Below, piece by piece: positions 35,158 through 48,224 of a stretch of DNA of 64,000 nt (position 1 is its first letter; each line of letters opens with the position of its first letter). The notes beneath the pieces are model-generated. The model was not told where the DNA came from. It did no database searches and was given only the letters and a program-made list of their open reading frames with translations. Position numbers and translations under genes: made by a program. The DNA comes from Minutocellus sp. GHC0000111. Its lineage: Eukaryota. The stretch lies in the NCBI GenBank assembly GCA_977018835.1, contig OZ361259.1, forward strand, positions 186,001-250,000, given 5' to 3'.

Positions 35158-36421
35158 ATGAGCGGTGACAGCTTTGATGAGCGCACAGCTCTTACCATAG
35201 TTTGGATCATATTATTGGTCATATTTCTGTGAGTTGCGTCGCATGCAGGTACAGCCATGATAATTTCTCGCACTCTTTACCAAAATAAGTTGTTCTCACT
35301 CGCTCACTCAGAATTCTTCTTCTTCGTTATTCTGCTCATATTCCAATATTGCCTTATTCTGTCCTTCAGGATCTTTCCATGCTGTTCCTCTGCAAGGAAA
35401 CGGAAGATATGGCGCAAGCGCATCAAGGAGAGGCGGTGGCACGTGTATGTGGCCCAAGAGGAACCGGAGGATTGGTTCCTCGCAGCTTTGGAGAGGTATC
35501 GGGCCGCTCAGCAGAGAGAGGATGAGGCACAACGACAGGGGGGAACGGCCAACAGTTTGACGCAGGTAGCCGCGGACATTGTTTGGAAGGAAAAGGAAGA
35601 GGCGGAATTGCGCAGAGCTCTCACGGATGATCTCCTGCGCGACTTTACCAAGGTAAGGACGTTTACAACATTATGGTGGATCTTGGATCGGTCTTGGATA
35701 TCTTCTGGGTTCTCATTTTAAGAAGATGCCGATATGTCGATATTGACATTATTGCTTTGCCACACCTGCCTCCCCACTTTTCTTGCAGGAACTACAAAAG
35801 AAGGACTTTGTTGAGGTGCCTACTTCACCTCGATCTCCGCAAGACGATGTTGAGAAGGATGTGGCAGCGGAAGAAGAACCAACACCAACAACCGCCGATG
35901 GTGATACTGAAGATGGTATTTCTGACGTCGAGCTTGGCATACCAGTCGTCGTACCAGACGAGAATGGTATGCCCCTGAACGAGGATGAGATTGATATCTT
36001 TCAGAGCGATAGCATGATGGAAAATGCCTACAGAGTACGATTGCCTGCCCCAGGCAGTGGGACTTTACAACCCAACGAGGAAGCCGAAGGCGAAGGGGGA
36101 AGCGGTAGTGGCGGTGGCGGTGAGACGACTCGAGAGGTACCCAATGGCTGCGCCGTCTGCATGGACCCATTCGGCATCGGCGATCGCATCTGCTGGTCAT
36201 CCAACGCTGGATGTCCGCATGCATTTCACGAGAAGTGCTTGATCAATTGGCTCCTTGTTTTGGGACGTCGACGACGGATGCAGACGCTACAAACACCTTC
36301 GGATGATGTCGATCTTACCGATTACGACATGCTTTGTCCCTGCTGCCGGCAAGAGTTTGTGGTGAAAACTGGTGTTGGCAGCAACGATGATGAAGAGCGG
36401 CCGGATAGCCAGGGAGCTTAG
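35158..36421 (+). CDS. Single-TM RING-H2 E3 ligase-like protein; exons 35158-35228, 35370-35652, 35789-36421
   Basis: CAVC...CPHAFHEKCLINWL...CPCCR; GT-AG introns keep the frame; N-terminal TM segment. Confidence 0.8.
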
Positions 36422-36490
36422 TGACGATTCATTGTCGCAACGACCCTACTATTGCATGTAGAAGATGATGTAAACAATAGACTGTGTATA

Positions 36491-37240
36491 TGTTAGTCCC
36501 AAAATGCGCACTGTCCCAGTTCGCGAACTGGGATCCCAGTTTGCGAACTGAGATTCATTTATCCCAGTTCGCGCACTGGGCCCCAGTTCCCAAACTAGCA
36601 TCTCAGTTTGCGCACTGATACTACCAGAATGGAAACTGAGATAAACACGCCAATCCGAATTTGGGAACCAGACGAGTTCGCGAACTGGAACAAAAATGAA
36701 TACCAGTTTGGAAACTGGCATTCTCGGCAAGTGTCAGAATGGTAACTGCCGGTGTTGGCTCATGCACAATGATTATGTACTGGTAGATCTATCTACAATA
36801 CAAGTTGCACTGTGCATCATATCTTGAATTTGCAAGCTACATGTACTGGTACAGTAGCAACATGATGCCGGCATAGCACAGATGCATGTACAGTTCATGA
36901 CTTATATTTGCCAGAAGCAGCTAGCTAGATATTATTTTTTATTCACTATATGTATTTAGTATCAGCTAATGCCAATTTATTGAGTATCAGCTCCGGCACT
37001 AATGTCGTCTGGACGTCTGGACCAGGTTTGGGCTGTGTTGCTTCACTATGAAAAAATGAAGCGAGGAGAAGCAAAGGCGATATCATCCATGCTAAATATT
37101 CATTATTTCTCGATTGATCCCAGTTTGCAAACTGAGATTGTGCCTATGATCCCAGTTTCCAAACTGGGATAAATAAATCCTAGTTCGCAAACTGGGATCC
37201 CAGTTCGCGAACTGGGACAGTGCGCATTTTGGGACTAACA
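36491..37240. mobile_element. Full-length non-autonomous DNA transposon (MITE), ~60-bp TIR TGTTAGTCCCAAAATGCGCACTGTCCCAG..., TA/TATA target
   Basis: Matching TIRs, TATA on both flanks, many subterminal CAGTTYGCGAACTG palindromes, second copy at 33327-33797. Confidence 0.9.
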
Positions 37241-37391
37241 TATATATAATTTGTCCTAATATATTCTCCCATTTGTCGCGTAGCCGTGATCATTTGGCTT
37301 GAATGACACTGAAGTGCCTCGCACTAATTTCGACAGTGGAAAGTGGAAAATAGATCTACTCACTCGTAGATATTTTCTACTAATAGCTCTA

Positions 37392-38691
37392 TTAGTCATC
37401 CTCGTAATACTCTCCGCTTCCAACACCACGAGCACCACTCCAGACGCTGCCCCGGGGGGTGATGCCCATCCGCTTCATCTCCTCCCTCAGCTCGTCGGTC
37501 GGTGGGGTGTACTCGATGGCCCCGGTGCTGGCCAACCACTCCCGCAGCCGTCCGGTGTGCCACTTATCGGGCTCCCTCGGATCGATCGCCAGCTTGTCAA
37601 ATCCCGTCAGCCGATCGACGGCCTTGCCATTCTGAAAGACCAGGAGGGCGGGCAACGTCCGGATCTGCAGCTTGGCCACAAAGAACGGTGCCTTCTCGGC
37701 ATCGATCCGCAGAAACTTGCACGACATATGCATCGGTGCCACGAGCTTGAGGTGGTGGTCCATGATCTTGCACCGCTCGAACTCGTCGTGGAAAAAGTGG
37801 ACGGCCACCCACTCGGAGCTGCCGGTGCACTCCGGGAGGAAGTCGTCCTGCGCGATGGTCCGGAGCTCCCCGTGGCCCAATGCGCGGTGCTCGGCCTGCC
37901 GCATCTGCGCGGCCCGGATTTCCGCCATCCGCCGGGCCCGGATGGCCTCGATCTCGGCCGTTTCGTCGTCGTCGAGCAGATCGTCGTACTCGTCGTCGGA
38001 CGAATCGTTCCCATCTCCATTGCCGTTGCCGTCGCCCCCATCTCCTCCTCCGCTCGACTTGCCATTCTCCTCGTTCTCCTTGTCGAGCATCTGCCTCCGC
38101 ACCTGCTCCCGCAGTCCCTTGACGCGCTCCACCTCCTCGGCCCGCCGCCGCTCGGCCTGAGCGACGTGCGACCGCTGCGCCCGGCTCCGCTCGGCCTGGA
38201 TGCGGTTGGCCTCCCGGTAGGCCGCCCCCGTCGGGGCTCGGTCCGGGTCGTCGATTTCGTTGGTCCCCGCCGCGTGCTTCTGCTTCAGCTCTTCCATCGA
38301 CTTTTGCATCCGCTCGTTGACGTTCTTGGACATCTCCTTGTGGTATTCCTTGGAATCGTCGTCCTGGTGGGGTTTTGTTGGTGGGTAGATGGGAGGGTGG
38401 ATGGGATTTGTGGGGTGAGTTTTGAGTTTGGTCATTGGTGTAAGTAAGAATGATACTGAGGGTGGCTGTTGCATGGCAGCAACTTGCACACTAAAGATAC
38501 GCCGCCCCCAATATAGAATCAAAGGGGTGTCGAATCATTTGGAATTCGTCAACCATAATACTAGTACACAGCTACGTAGCAACTCCAATACTCACCATGC
38601 CAGCGAACGGGTCGGCCATCGGCCCGAGGGGGTTGGCAGCCACAAACTTGGCCGCCTTGCCCCCTCCGGCACTCTCTTGGTTGGAGGGCAT
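37392..38691 (-). CDS. TXNDC9: Phosducin-like / thioredoxin-domain protein (PLP3/TXNDC9-like); exons 38596-38691 and 37392-38363
   Basis: RARRMAEI...GHGELRTI...VAVHFFHDEFERCKIMDHHL...IDAEKAPFFVAKLQIRTLP. Confidence 0.8.
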
Positions 38692-39053
38692 TGCTGTTGG
38701 TGATTGTTTATTTCGATTCTCAAATCAATGACAATACACAACAAAAGGTTTGCAGTGCACGCTGGATCGTCGAGATGGTGCAATGGCCCAACTAACGCTG
38801 TAGTGTAAATAAAATGAGGTTGAGGCGTGTGCCTCGATCGATCGGTTTGAACAGTAGGTAAGTTGAAAAGTTGAAAATGAGGCAAGCTGCACGAGATTTC
38901 AAAATAATCCCCGAAAATTGAAAAAAAAACCTTGAAAAAAAAACCAGAGCTGTGACAGCTGTGAGATGCTCGGCTCCATATGCTCCATGCATTGCTTGCG
39001 TTTCGACCTACTACGTAGAAGCTTGACGCAGCAAAGTTCAGAGCTAAAGGATC

Positions 39054-40846
39054 ATGAAGACGCTTACTACGTGCCTGGTCGCTGGTGCCATTGCTCTTCA
39101 TGGATCAGCTGCGGCGGCGGCAGCAGCAGCCCAAGAGGAAGAAGCACCGGCGCGGGATGACGGACCATCGCGCCCGCCATCATCGCCCTACTGTGCCAAT
39201 GACCACGATAATCACGATAATACATGCCCTGGCCCGTGCATCAACGCCGATCCCGATTGCTACCGCCGAGCTGCTCTCGGCGAATGCAAGTTGCAGTCGC
39301 ACGCACAATACATAACAACTCACTGCTCCCGAGCCTGTGGACGCTGTTCACTGACACAACTTCCCGACGAAGCCACCATCCAGAAGGAGGAAGAGGAGGA
39401 ATTGAGAAGCAACGAGGCCAACGACTCCCCAGAACTAGATTTGGACTGCCACGATTTGCACGAGATGTGCCCCATATGGTCCGGCCAGGGAGAGTGTCTC
39501 CTCAACCCCAAGTACATGGCGACGGCATGTCGAGAATCGTGCCTGCTTTGCGTCAATGCCCGCACCAGCCGGGAGCGTGGGGAGGACACCGAACGGATCC
39601 GACGGAAGCGGACGTACGTGACGTCCGTCGATGCCGGCCCGCAGCAACGGATGGACGGATCGATCACCGAACAGCAGCAGGACAAGATACGGAATCTGTT
39701 GCAGCACATGGACCGTTATGCCAAGGTCAACTTGACAGATGTGGAGGTATCTCGCGAAACCAGAATGCTTTGTCGCAACGACCACGACGAATGTGCCATC
39801 TTGGCGGTACAGGGCCAATGTCGAAAGGACACTCTGTACATGCTGGCTCACTGTTCACTCGTTTGTCAATTCTGTGACAAGGTTGAGAAATTCCATCGAT
39901 GTGCGGCCACTACTGACAATGGCATTGGTAATGCTGAAACGAGTGGCTTGTTTCATAAAGCTGGAGATTTGAATTCCTTCTTTCGCCAAGCCAAGGAAGG
40001 CGGTCGATGGGACGAGTATCGACCAGAATACCTTTCACAGCCCGGTGGCCACGCCAATGCCGATGGCGAAGCAGATGCCAATGATGGCAGTCCCTGGGTC
40101 GTTCGATTCGATTCATTTTTGAGTGCATCAGAGAGCAAAAGAATGATCGACATCGCAAATATTATTGGTTGGTCAGACTCAAAAGTTGAGGAGAAAGATA
40201 TGTTTGGAGGTAATCCAGAGAAGGTGCCTCCTCAACGATCTTCCAAGAGTGCAGTGTGTCGTGCGGGTGCAGCGTGTGACTCGGAACCGGTATACACTGC
40301 AGTGATGAAACGAGTTGCCGACACCATTGGAATTCCGAGGGAACATTTTGAGCACACAGAGATTGTCAAATACGAGCATAGAGATTCATTTGGTGTTCAT
40401 CACGATTATCGTATCCACGACCTTTGGAAGCCAGGTGGGTGCAGCAGTAGTTTTGCCCTGACCAATGTGCATAAATTTTGCTAATATGTGGCCGTGTCAA
40501 CTCTCTTTCTTTTCCGTCCAAACCGCTAAAAGATCTCCCAAATTCACCATACTGTTTCTTCTTCTTCTTCTTCGATAGCCGGCCCAAGAGTCCTCACAAT
40601 GATGTTGTACCTATCCGATGTCGAGGAGGGGGGTCGACCGGATTTCCGGATCTTGACTGGTTGTTCATTGAGCCGAAAAGAGGACAAGCTTTGCTCTTCC
40701 CGAACGTTTTAGACAGCGACCCAACGAAAGCGGACCAAAGAATGGTTCATGAAGGTCTTCCGGTGGTGAGCGGCACCAAGCACATCGCAATCGTGTATAT
40801 CCACATGCGAGAATGGACGGCGGCATTAGAGCAAGACTGTGTTTGA
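39054..40846 (+). CDS. Secreted ShK-domain prolyl 4-hydroxylase; intron 40435-40578; 1-nt frameshift in G run at 40628-40633
   Basis: Signal peptide, three ShK domains, PWVVRFDSFLS, HHD, GPRVLT..LYLSDVEEGG.T.FP, HEGLPV..G.K. Confidence 0.85.
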
Positions 40847-41030
40847 CCAATGATAAAATAAAGGCATGGCCAATCGACCCACCACCTTACACTGGTGCGC
40901 AGTCAGCCTCATTCTTCTCGCTTGAGCTAGTCATTCATTAACATAAATATGTGGGGTGTACAGCTTTTTACTTTACTTATATCGCAGCATGGGCTGCCCT
41001 TGGTTTTCTATCTATTTTATTTTTCTTTGA

Positions 41031-41916
41031 TTAATAGAAGAAGCCCAAAATTTTGCCACCGGTCTTCTTTCTACGAGCCTCTTCGTGGGTCATGATGCCC
41101 ATTGAGGTAGTCAAAACAATGTGGCCGAACTGGCGGGAGGGGAGGAGGTTGACGATCCACTTCTCGATCTCGTCCTGGGTAACATCGAATCGGGGGCTGA
41201 TAATGCCGCACTTGTTGAGGCGTCCCGTGAGCTCAATTACGATCTTGCCGGCCCGGTGATCGTCGATGATCTCGAATTCTCCGATGTATCCTGTTGTCAT
41301 TTGGGTTGTCACGGATAGGAGAAAGAGGAGGGAAACAAAATGTGAGAATACATGTTCGATACTAGCGTGATATGTCGCAAGCGTAAAGGCTGTGCCGCTT
41401 CATGGTCGCCCAATTGACTGGTGCGGAAGGGCCCGTGAGTGTAAGCTATGCATGTTGCTTCTCCGGGGCAAAACTATTCCGGAGGGGGGCAAAGCATGCA
41501 CCGGGTCATCGCAGCACGTCGACCATTCGCGAGAACGGAAGCGGCGCTAAGTGCGATGCGCGCTCATACGACGCGGCCGAGGCCACGAAGTACCCCCACT
41601 TTCGCCCCGTTGCGTTCGAAGTCGGCAGGACCGTCCGATTTTTCCGTCAGGAGCGGAACCGAAAATATTTCGAGGTCGGTCAACGTCGGGAGAAAATACC
41701 ACTGCCGCCGCCTCTACCGGTCTACACCAATTTCGTTCGATTAAAATCCCAAACATAAACGGAAGATTCATGAGGAAACTTACCGTGTTGCTGCATCTGC
41801 TGGAGGAATTTGACAACGACCTTGGACGAAGGGCGGATGAGGACCTGCCTCTTGCCGCGCTTCTCGGCGTTGGTGATTGTCTTGAGACAATCAGCGAGTA
41901 CTGACATACGAACCAT
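41031..41916 (-). CDS. RPS15A: 40S ribosomal protein S15a (uS8); exons 41784-41916 and 41031-41290
   Basis: [33 protein letters not shown]...[17 protein letters not shown]...GGKILGFFY. Confidence 0.97.
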
Positions 41917-42909
41917 CTGTGATTAGGAATAAGATACAACGCAAAATGTTTGCAACAAGGAGAAACGTGTGAGACCAAGTACAATTGAGAGGTGAGAGCT
42001 GAGCCAACCAACCAGAGGTGGGTGACGTCCGCCGCAAATACGTGCGAGAACGACGGACAGGCATGCTCCAGAAATGAAGGGTCGGGTGGAGGCCGCTCCG
42101 TCAAAAGGCGGTGGCGCCGTTCGCCCATCCCTGCCGACGCCATTGTCCATGTGCGCCATCTGGACGATACCCTCCGCGTCGTTGTTTCGCAATCGATCGC
42201 CGATCCTCTCCATCGTCGTACCTTGAACGTGACCTTCCAATAAGCAAAAAGCAAGCAATCTCTCGGCAAGTGCCGGTAACACAAAATTGTTTTCCGAAAG
42301 GGTTATGAGCTGCACAGCATTTGTCACTCCTCATTAGAATCTTTCTCCGCAAAAATCCTCAACTTTTAAAAAAGAGGAGTATTTTTCATCAAGCAGTAAG
42401 CCGAAAGGCAGTAAAGTGACTGACTCGACTCAATGTTCGTTCGTTGCTCATAACCTGTTCTGCACCGATTAGGAGCACTTTCAACGAAGGTGAGGCCAAC
42501 CATGGTGGAATGGGAAGGGGCCCTGGGCTGAGACTGATGGAAGCGTCGGAAAGAATTCAGTGGAATAGATCAGGAGTGAGAAGCGACAACGCCAGTCGGC
42601 TGTGCGCTCGATGCGTCTGGGCGGTCGTCGCGGTTTGTTGGCGGTGCGGCAGTCGTCGTGAGACAGGTTATCCGTCGGGTCGTTCCGCATGCGGCTCGGT
42701 CGACCGGGGTGGAGCGTAAATGATGGATTCCGCGTGGATGTTGGAGAACAGCAGCCCTTGCAGCATCACCACATGCTTATGCCAAGTGCTGATAAACATA
42801 TCTACTCTGTATCGCATGGTGCACTAACCTTTTCCTCCTCTTTGCGCTCCTTTCGATTCCCACAGGTCAAATTTATCTCAAATTTTCACTTACTAAATAA
42901 TACCCCAAA

Positions 42910-43236
42910 ATGGCCTCCGAACCCTGCAGACTGTACGTAAGCGGTGCCATCCTCGGCTACAAGCGCGGCCTCCGCAACCAGCACAACTCCACCTCCCTCA
43001 TCAAGATCGCCGGCGTCGACTCCAAGGAGGAGACCGAGTTCTACCTCGGCAAGCGCGTCGCCTTCATCACCGAGGGCTCCACCGAGCGCAATGGCACCAA
43101 GTACCGAGTCAACTGGGGCCGCGTCTGCCGCGCCCACGGATCCAACGGTGTCGTCCGATGCAAGTTCGCCCGGGATCTCCCTCCCCAGTCCATCGGTGGC
43201 CGCGTCCGTGTTATGCTCTACCCCTCCCGCGTGTAA
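42910..43236 (+). CDS. RPL35A: 60S ribosomal protein L35a (eL33)
   Basis: RLYVSGAILGYKRGLRNQ...FYLGKRVAF...HGSNGVVR...VRVMLYPSRV. Confidence 0.97.
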   Translation: MASEPCRLYVSGAILGYKRGLRNQHNSTSLIKIAGVDSKEETEFYLGKRVAFITEGSTERNGTKYRVNWGRVCRAHGSNGVVRCKFARDLPPQSIGGRVRVMLYPSRV

Positions 43237-43630
43237 GAAAATGGGATTTGTTCGTTTGGGGGTACTGAGCGTGTCGTTGGTCTAACAAACAGCACGAGTT
43301 GATCTCTGATGTTATACACTGTGAGGCACGGCACGGCGGTACTCTTGACCGAGCATAGTAAAAATAAAAGAAACCAATACATCTGTAATCCCTTGGTATT
43401 TGTATGGCTACGGATGAAAAACTTCTCGTGTTTGAATGTTTGCACATGTGTACCTGGTACTACTAGTATCTGGGCTACCCACTACTAGTACTCTAGCGAG
43501 CTACTACGTAGTTACGTAGAAGCAGGTGCATGCAGTGGAAGGCAATTTATATCTCTACTAGAATCATATATTGTGTAATACAAAAGGTGGAAACATGGTA
43601 ATATTCCTGCTTAGCAACAACGCAATACCG

Positions 43631-45406
43631 TCACCGCTCGTTCGATTCGTCCTCGTCGTCTCCTTCTATTCCTTCTCTCTCATCGGAAGCAGCAAGATCC
43701 TGCTCCTTCCGCGGGACCAAGGGAATCAACGGAAGAAAGCAGAGAACCCCAACACTTTGGATGATGGCAGTTATGAGGAAGGTGAACGTATAGTCATATT
43801 TATCAGAAAGCCAACCCCCTATGGCTGCGCTGCCACACCAGCCAAACGATACGACACTGTCCAAAGACTTCCATCGAGCTCGCTCGTTCTTTGGAACAAA
43901 ATCCATCAATATTGACTCATTGAGAGGGTATGTACAATTCATGAGTGCTGTTCGTAGAACATATATTGGGACCAAGGCCAGTGGATGAGAGTCAAGATAA
44001 CGCTTACCAAACACCATGGCATAAAGACAGGACACGCCCATGGAGTTCAACAGGATCATGGTCTGGACCCTACCAAATTCAGTTGAAGATATCTTCTCTC
44101 CAACGCCGGAAAATGCCACCATGGAAAGAGGGACGAGAACGTAGATTAGCTGCACCTGAGAGGGAGAAAGCTTGACCTCTTCTTTGAAGAATAAAGGGAA
44201 GAATTTGATCGTCATCCCGGATCCGAGAGCAAAGACAAGTGATTGGAAGCACAGTATGATTGGGATCAGCTTTTGTTTCCTCTTCGTGCTCAGTTCATCC
44301 GCGGTATTGCCTATTTCGTCTCAAGTATGAGCATCCGACGCGGATTCCTCTTGAGCAGTACTCTTTTCGGTATTTTCAATATCCCTTAAATCACTGCTGC
44401 CGGCCATTCTAGTCTCGTCATCATCATTATTCGTTTCTTCGTTTGCCCTTGATTCATCCTCCTCGTCCAAGCTCTTCTCGTCGTCAAAAAAGAACATTAT
44501 GATGGCAGCAACTCCCTCCAGACCAAGTCCAACGTACAAAACAGCACGGAGATGACTAAGATCCCACTCATCTCCAAGTGTCTGGAAGAGAATGATTGAT
44601 ACCAATGGCCCGAGACAGCTGCTAATCATGTAGGCTGCGAACAAATACATATAATATACAGACCTGGACCCAGCCGGAGTGGAGTCTGCATACAAAGCTT
44701 GCGACGGGCCGTTGATGACGCCACCGCCTATGCCCCAAAGTGCCATGACAGCCGCAAACAAGATGAAGGACAGTTCCCTCTTTCCGTCGTCGTGGTTGAG
44801 CGCCTCCTCGTCTGTACCGATCCACTCCAACAACGCAGCGTGGGCGACGGCCGTAACAATGATGAGCGCACCTCCTGCCCCAATCACCTTGTCTCGTCCG
44901 CATTTGTCTGCCAGATACCCCACGGGCAATGCCGAGAATAGCGAAGCCAGACCCGACACTGCCTCAACGTCGCCCACCGGGCCGTTCTTTTCCCTGCCCA
45001 GACGCTTGAGATAGGCGGCAATGACTGTTCCTGACCAAAGAGAATCGGCGAGGCCATACAATCCAGAAAGGAGTAGTGACAGAAAAACATTGTGGTTCAT
45101 TCTGGGGCGTGATGCTGGCCTTGTACGGCATAGAATCCATCGAGGAAATAACATGTCCTTACTGCACGCAGTACTGTTGGTATTATTGTCGTCGTCATCG
45201 GCAGCAGAGGCCGGAAGAAGCGGCTCGTGCAGTTGTTGCCCATCATCGTCGTTCGATGCCATGATGGTTCTACTATCAAGTCCAGGCGAAGAGATGAGAA
45301 GCTCTCGCAATTGATCAGTGATGGTGGCCTCCCGATTACATGTATTCCTTCTTCTTTTAGCGTTGCTGGCGACAGAAGCAGCAGCCCCGTCGTCGGTGTC
45401 CGCCAT
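43631..45406 (-). pseudogene. MFS transporter with in-frame TGA at 44321-44323 in the central loop
   Basis: GYLADKCGR motif A, GPSQALYADS, GSGMTIKFFPLFF, SILMDFVPKNERARW; both halves are in the same frame. Confidence 0.75.
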
Positions 45407-46682
45407 GGTTGCGAAAGAGTAAGAACATCCCGCCCTGCCTCGGAGCGAGAGCCTCGGAAGGGTGCCTACCTAATCACATTGACTAGTTGATTTTTTTAGT
45501 TTCTTTAGACTATTTGAATTCTTAATTACGTCACAGAGAAATAAAAGAGAAAGACAGAGACGCTGTGTCAGAAAGTGACACAAGAGACATGTGCCCCGCC
45601 TGAAAGACATCCTGCAGCAGGCCTCATCCGCCATTAATCTTCATGCAATTGCACCACTCGTTTCTTCTTGGCGGGTGGCTCGTCCTTATCGTCGTCGGAA
45701 GAGGACGACTCGTCCGAGGATGACTCGTCGAACGAAGCACCACGGCATGCGCTCAGCGTCGGCCAGGGCCTCGTCTTCAGACCACCACTTGATGCCCTCG
45801 GAGGAGGAGGCGACTAGCAGCACCATCGACGTGAACCACCAGCACACTCTGGCCTTTGCATTACGCACTTTTGCGATCTTGCCCACCGTTACCGGCTGGC
45901 TCTGGCTCATCACCACTGCCGGCAAACTGCCTGCTCCTTAAAAGGAGTGACCATTGGACACACCACTGTTGTTTGGATGTCGTCATCAACCATCACCATT
46001 GTGTTGGACATCATCACTGCTTGGACATCACCTCACTTTCTGTTGGAGAATTTCATTTAATTATTTTATGAATGCAACCTTTTCCCGGTCTTTTGAGTTC
46101 AGGATTTCATCGTTCGATGATTTCCTGCGAGGGTGTGTTGATCCCGGGGATCTGGTCCCGGATGTCCGTTGCATTTTGCTTGTGATCGGCGGCGCGCCCA
46201 GAGCACAGATCACTCTCGCTGCTAGAATGGCTGGCTCACAATCTGTGTGTAGTTCCTCCTCAGTTGCGCATGCACTGCGAGAACCTGCTGGTCCACCATC
46301 TTAGCATCGGCGTCTTCTCTTCTTCTGTTTGCCGACGGAAGGAGACACATGGGATCCGGCGACACTAGGAGGGGAGGGGAGTTGGCGAGAGCTTTCTTTG
46401 ACGATTTCGGCTTCGGCTTCCGACTGCGACTGACTTTGCTTCTTCTCGGGGAGGAGCCGCTTGCCTGGGCGTGGCACAGGGCAATGTCTCGCACAAGCCT
46501 TTCCGACTCGGCCTCGGCGTCGGCGTCGGCGTCCAGATCGGTGGTGGTTTGACGACGACAATCAATCGCGACAAGCGGCATCGGCAGCAGCGAGACAAGC
46601 TGCGGGTGTTGAACATTCGCTCATTTTTGTTCGATGATTGGCGGCATGCGTGCCACACGGCGAGGCTTGGTGCAAGCTAGCA

Positions 46683-46900
46683 GGGTCGTCTGACCTGTCA
46701 GATTGGCCGGCCAATCTCCAAAAAGAAACCAAATGACTTTTGATGTGGAGGCCCCACAGAAAAATCAAAAACACATTGCTAACTTGCTTTTTTGTGAGGA
46801 ATGTCGCTGTGGTCTTGTTTTTGATTAAAATTAATTGTTTTAAAAATTGTTCTGCATGGTCGTCTTAATTGGCCGGCCAATCTGACGAGTCAGACGACCC
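46683..46900. mobile_element. 218-bp MITE with ~33-bp TIR GGGTCGTCTGAC..GTCAGATTGGCCGGCCAAT
   Basis: TIRs at about 46683-46715 and 46868-46900; flanks are CA (left) and TA (right). Confidence 0.85.
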
Positions 46901-47393
46901 TAGTGTGCACATGCTAGCACAGGCCGGTGCAGACGGCAAGGTGGAGCGGTGGGATGGGGGCCGTCATGAGGGCAAGAAACGGACGGCCAGAAAGACTGCT
47001 GACAAAAAGGAGGTAGCGCGGGTTTTCCGCGTTTCTGAGTTTATTTAGCAAATTTTGCTTCAGAAACCAAAGCAAAGGTCAGAAAGTCGGCATGCTTTTA
47101 CACAAATGAATGTTTTTATGTTTCAACGTCATTAGTCAGTTGTGTCAGAATTTTGGGGAGTTCGTTACATTTTACTGCACTGTAAGTAGCCCCGTCATTA
47201 GGAACATTCCCTCGGAAGAATGTGAGTGACTGCGAGCAAGCATTGCTGGTCGCATCTCACAACATGCAAACTCCCGCGTTTTCGTTTTCGTCGTGCAAAT
47301 GATGATGAGACCATCCAACCAACCGCTACAAGGAGACTACTAGCTGCGTAGCTAGTGTTATGGCGGGGCAACAGCCACCGAAAAGAAATGTAA

Positions 47394-48224
47394 ATGAAGC
47401 GATTCCTGGTATCAAAGACATCTGATGCACCGGCAGCTGCTGCAGCGGCGGCGGCGAAACGAGCCAAATTGTCTCCTCGCGCTGGTCCTGGTTCTCCACC
47501 AGCTGCTCCACCGCAACTGAAACTGCCTCGACCACGAAAGATTAGTCACCACGGCGATTTGGATGTGCTGTACTATTCCCGATTCCTAAACGATGGGTCA
47601 ATAACGCCGGCACTTGCAAATTTACCGCTCGAGGAGTCTGTCATTGTCATGTTTGGCAAAACCATCAAAGAGCCCAGACGGACGGGCTTCTTCTCGTCGA
47701 ATGACAGGCCATTGAAATACTCCGGATCGATTCGGCATCCCCTGCCTCTTACAGAGGAATTGGATTCGATTCGACGAAAGATTGAGGAATTACCCGATGT
47801 GCAAAAGGCGCTGGTCAAGGAGCGGGGGGGGAGCAATAATGTACCAAACAAATCGAATTATAACAACAACAGTGGTGAGATGGATAAAAAGAATGATACA
47901 TCATCGTCATCGCGATATAGCTTTACAGGATGCTTCGCAAACATGTATGAAGACGGAACACATTACATGGGGTTCCATTCAGATGATGAAGCAGAGAATG
48001 GACCATCGAAGGACAATCGAGTCATCGCGTCGGTGACATTTGGCGAAGCGAGAAGATTCGTCTTCAAGAGAAAGAGTGATGGTACCAAGGTGGAGCTTAC
48101 GTTGGAGCCTGGGTCGCTCCTACTGATGAAGGGCCGGACGCAGAGTATATGGAAACATGCGGTGCCGAAAACGACAAAGCCAATGGGGAAAAGACTCAAT
48201 CTCACATATCGAATTATTCTGTAA
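47394..48224 (+). CDS. AlkB-family 2OG-Fe(II) dioxygenase (ALKBH2/3-like)
   Basis: MFGKTIKEPR, N.Y.DG...MGFHSDDE, IASVTFG..R.F, WKHAVPK, RLNLTYR. Confidence 0.9.
   Translation: MKRFLVSKTSDAPAAAAAAAAKRAKLSPRAGPGSPPAAPPQLKLPRPRKISHHGDLDVLYYSRFLNDGSITPALANLPLEESVIVMFGKTIKEPRRTGFFSSNDRPLKYSGSIRHPLPLTEELDSIRRKIEELPDVQKALVKERGGSNNVPNKSNYNNNSGEMDKKNDTSSSSRYSFTGCFANMYEDGTHYMGFHSDDEAENGPSKDNRVIASVTFGEARRFVFKRKSDGTKVELTLEPGSLLLMKGRTQSIWKHAVPKTTKPMGKRLNLTYRIIL

Noticed and set aside
36500..36720. Spaced palindromic CAGTTCGCGAACTG repeats resembling a CRISPR array
   Set aside because: Irregular spacing, degenerate units, no cas genes, eukaryotic context; they are MITE subterminal repeats.
42718..42795. 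Possible intronic C/D snoRNA in the RPL35A leader
   Set aside because: Box C is imperfect (TGATGG), there is no terminal stem and I could not recognise an rRNA guide.
12608..44323. Alternative genetic code explaining in-frame stops
   Set aside because: All three stop types occur internally, all three also terminate intact genes, and they co-occur with frameshifts.
47394..48224. AlkB homolog as the cause of neighbouring TpA loss
   Set aside because: An ordinary ALKBH2/3-type repair enzyme; adjacency is the only link.
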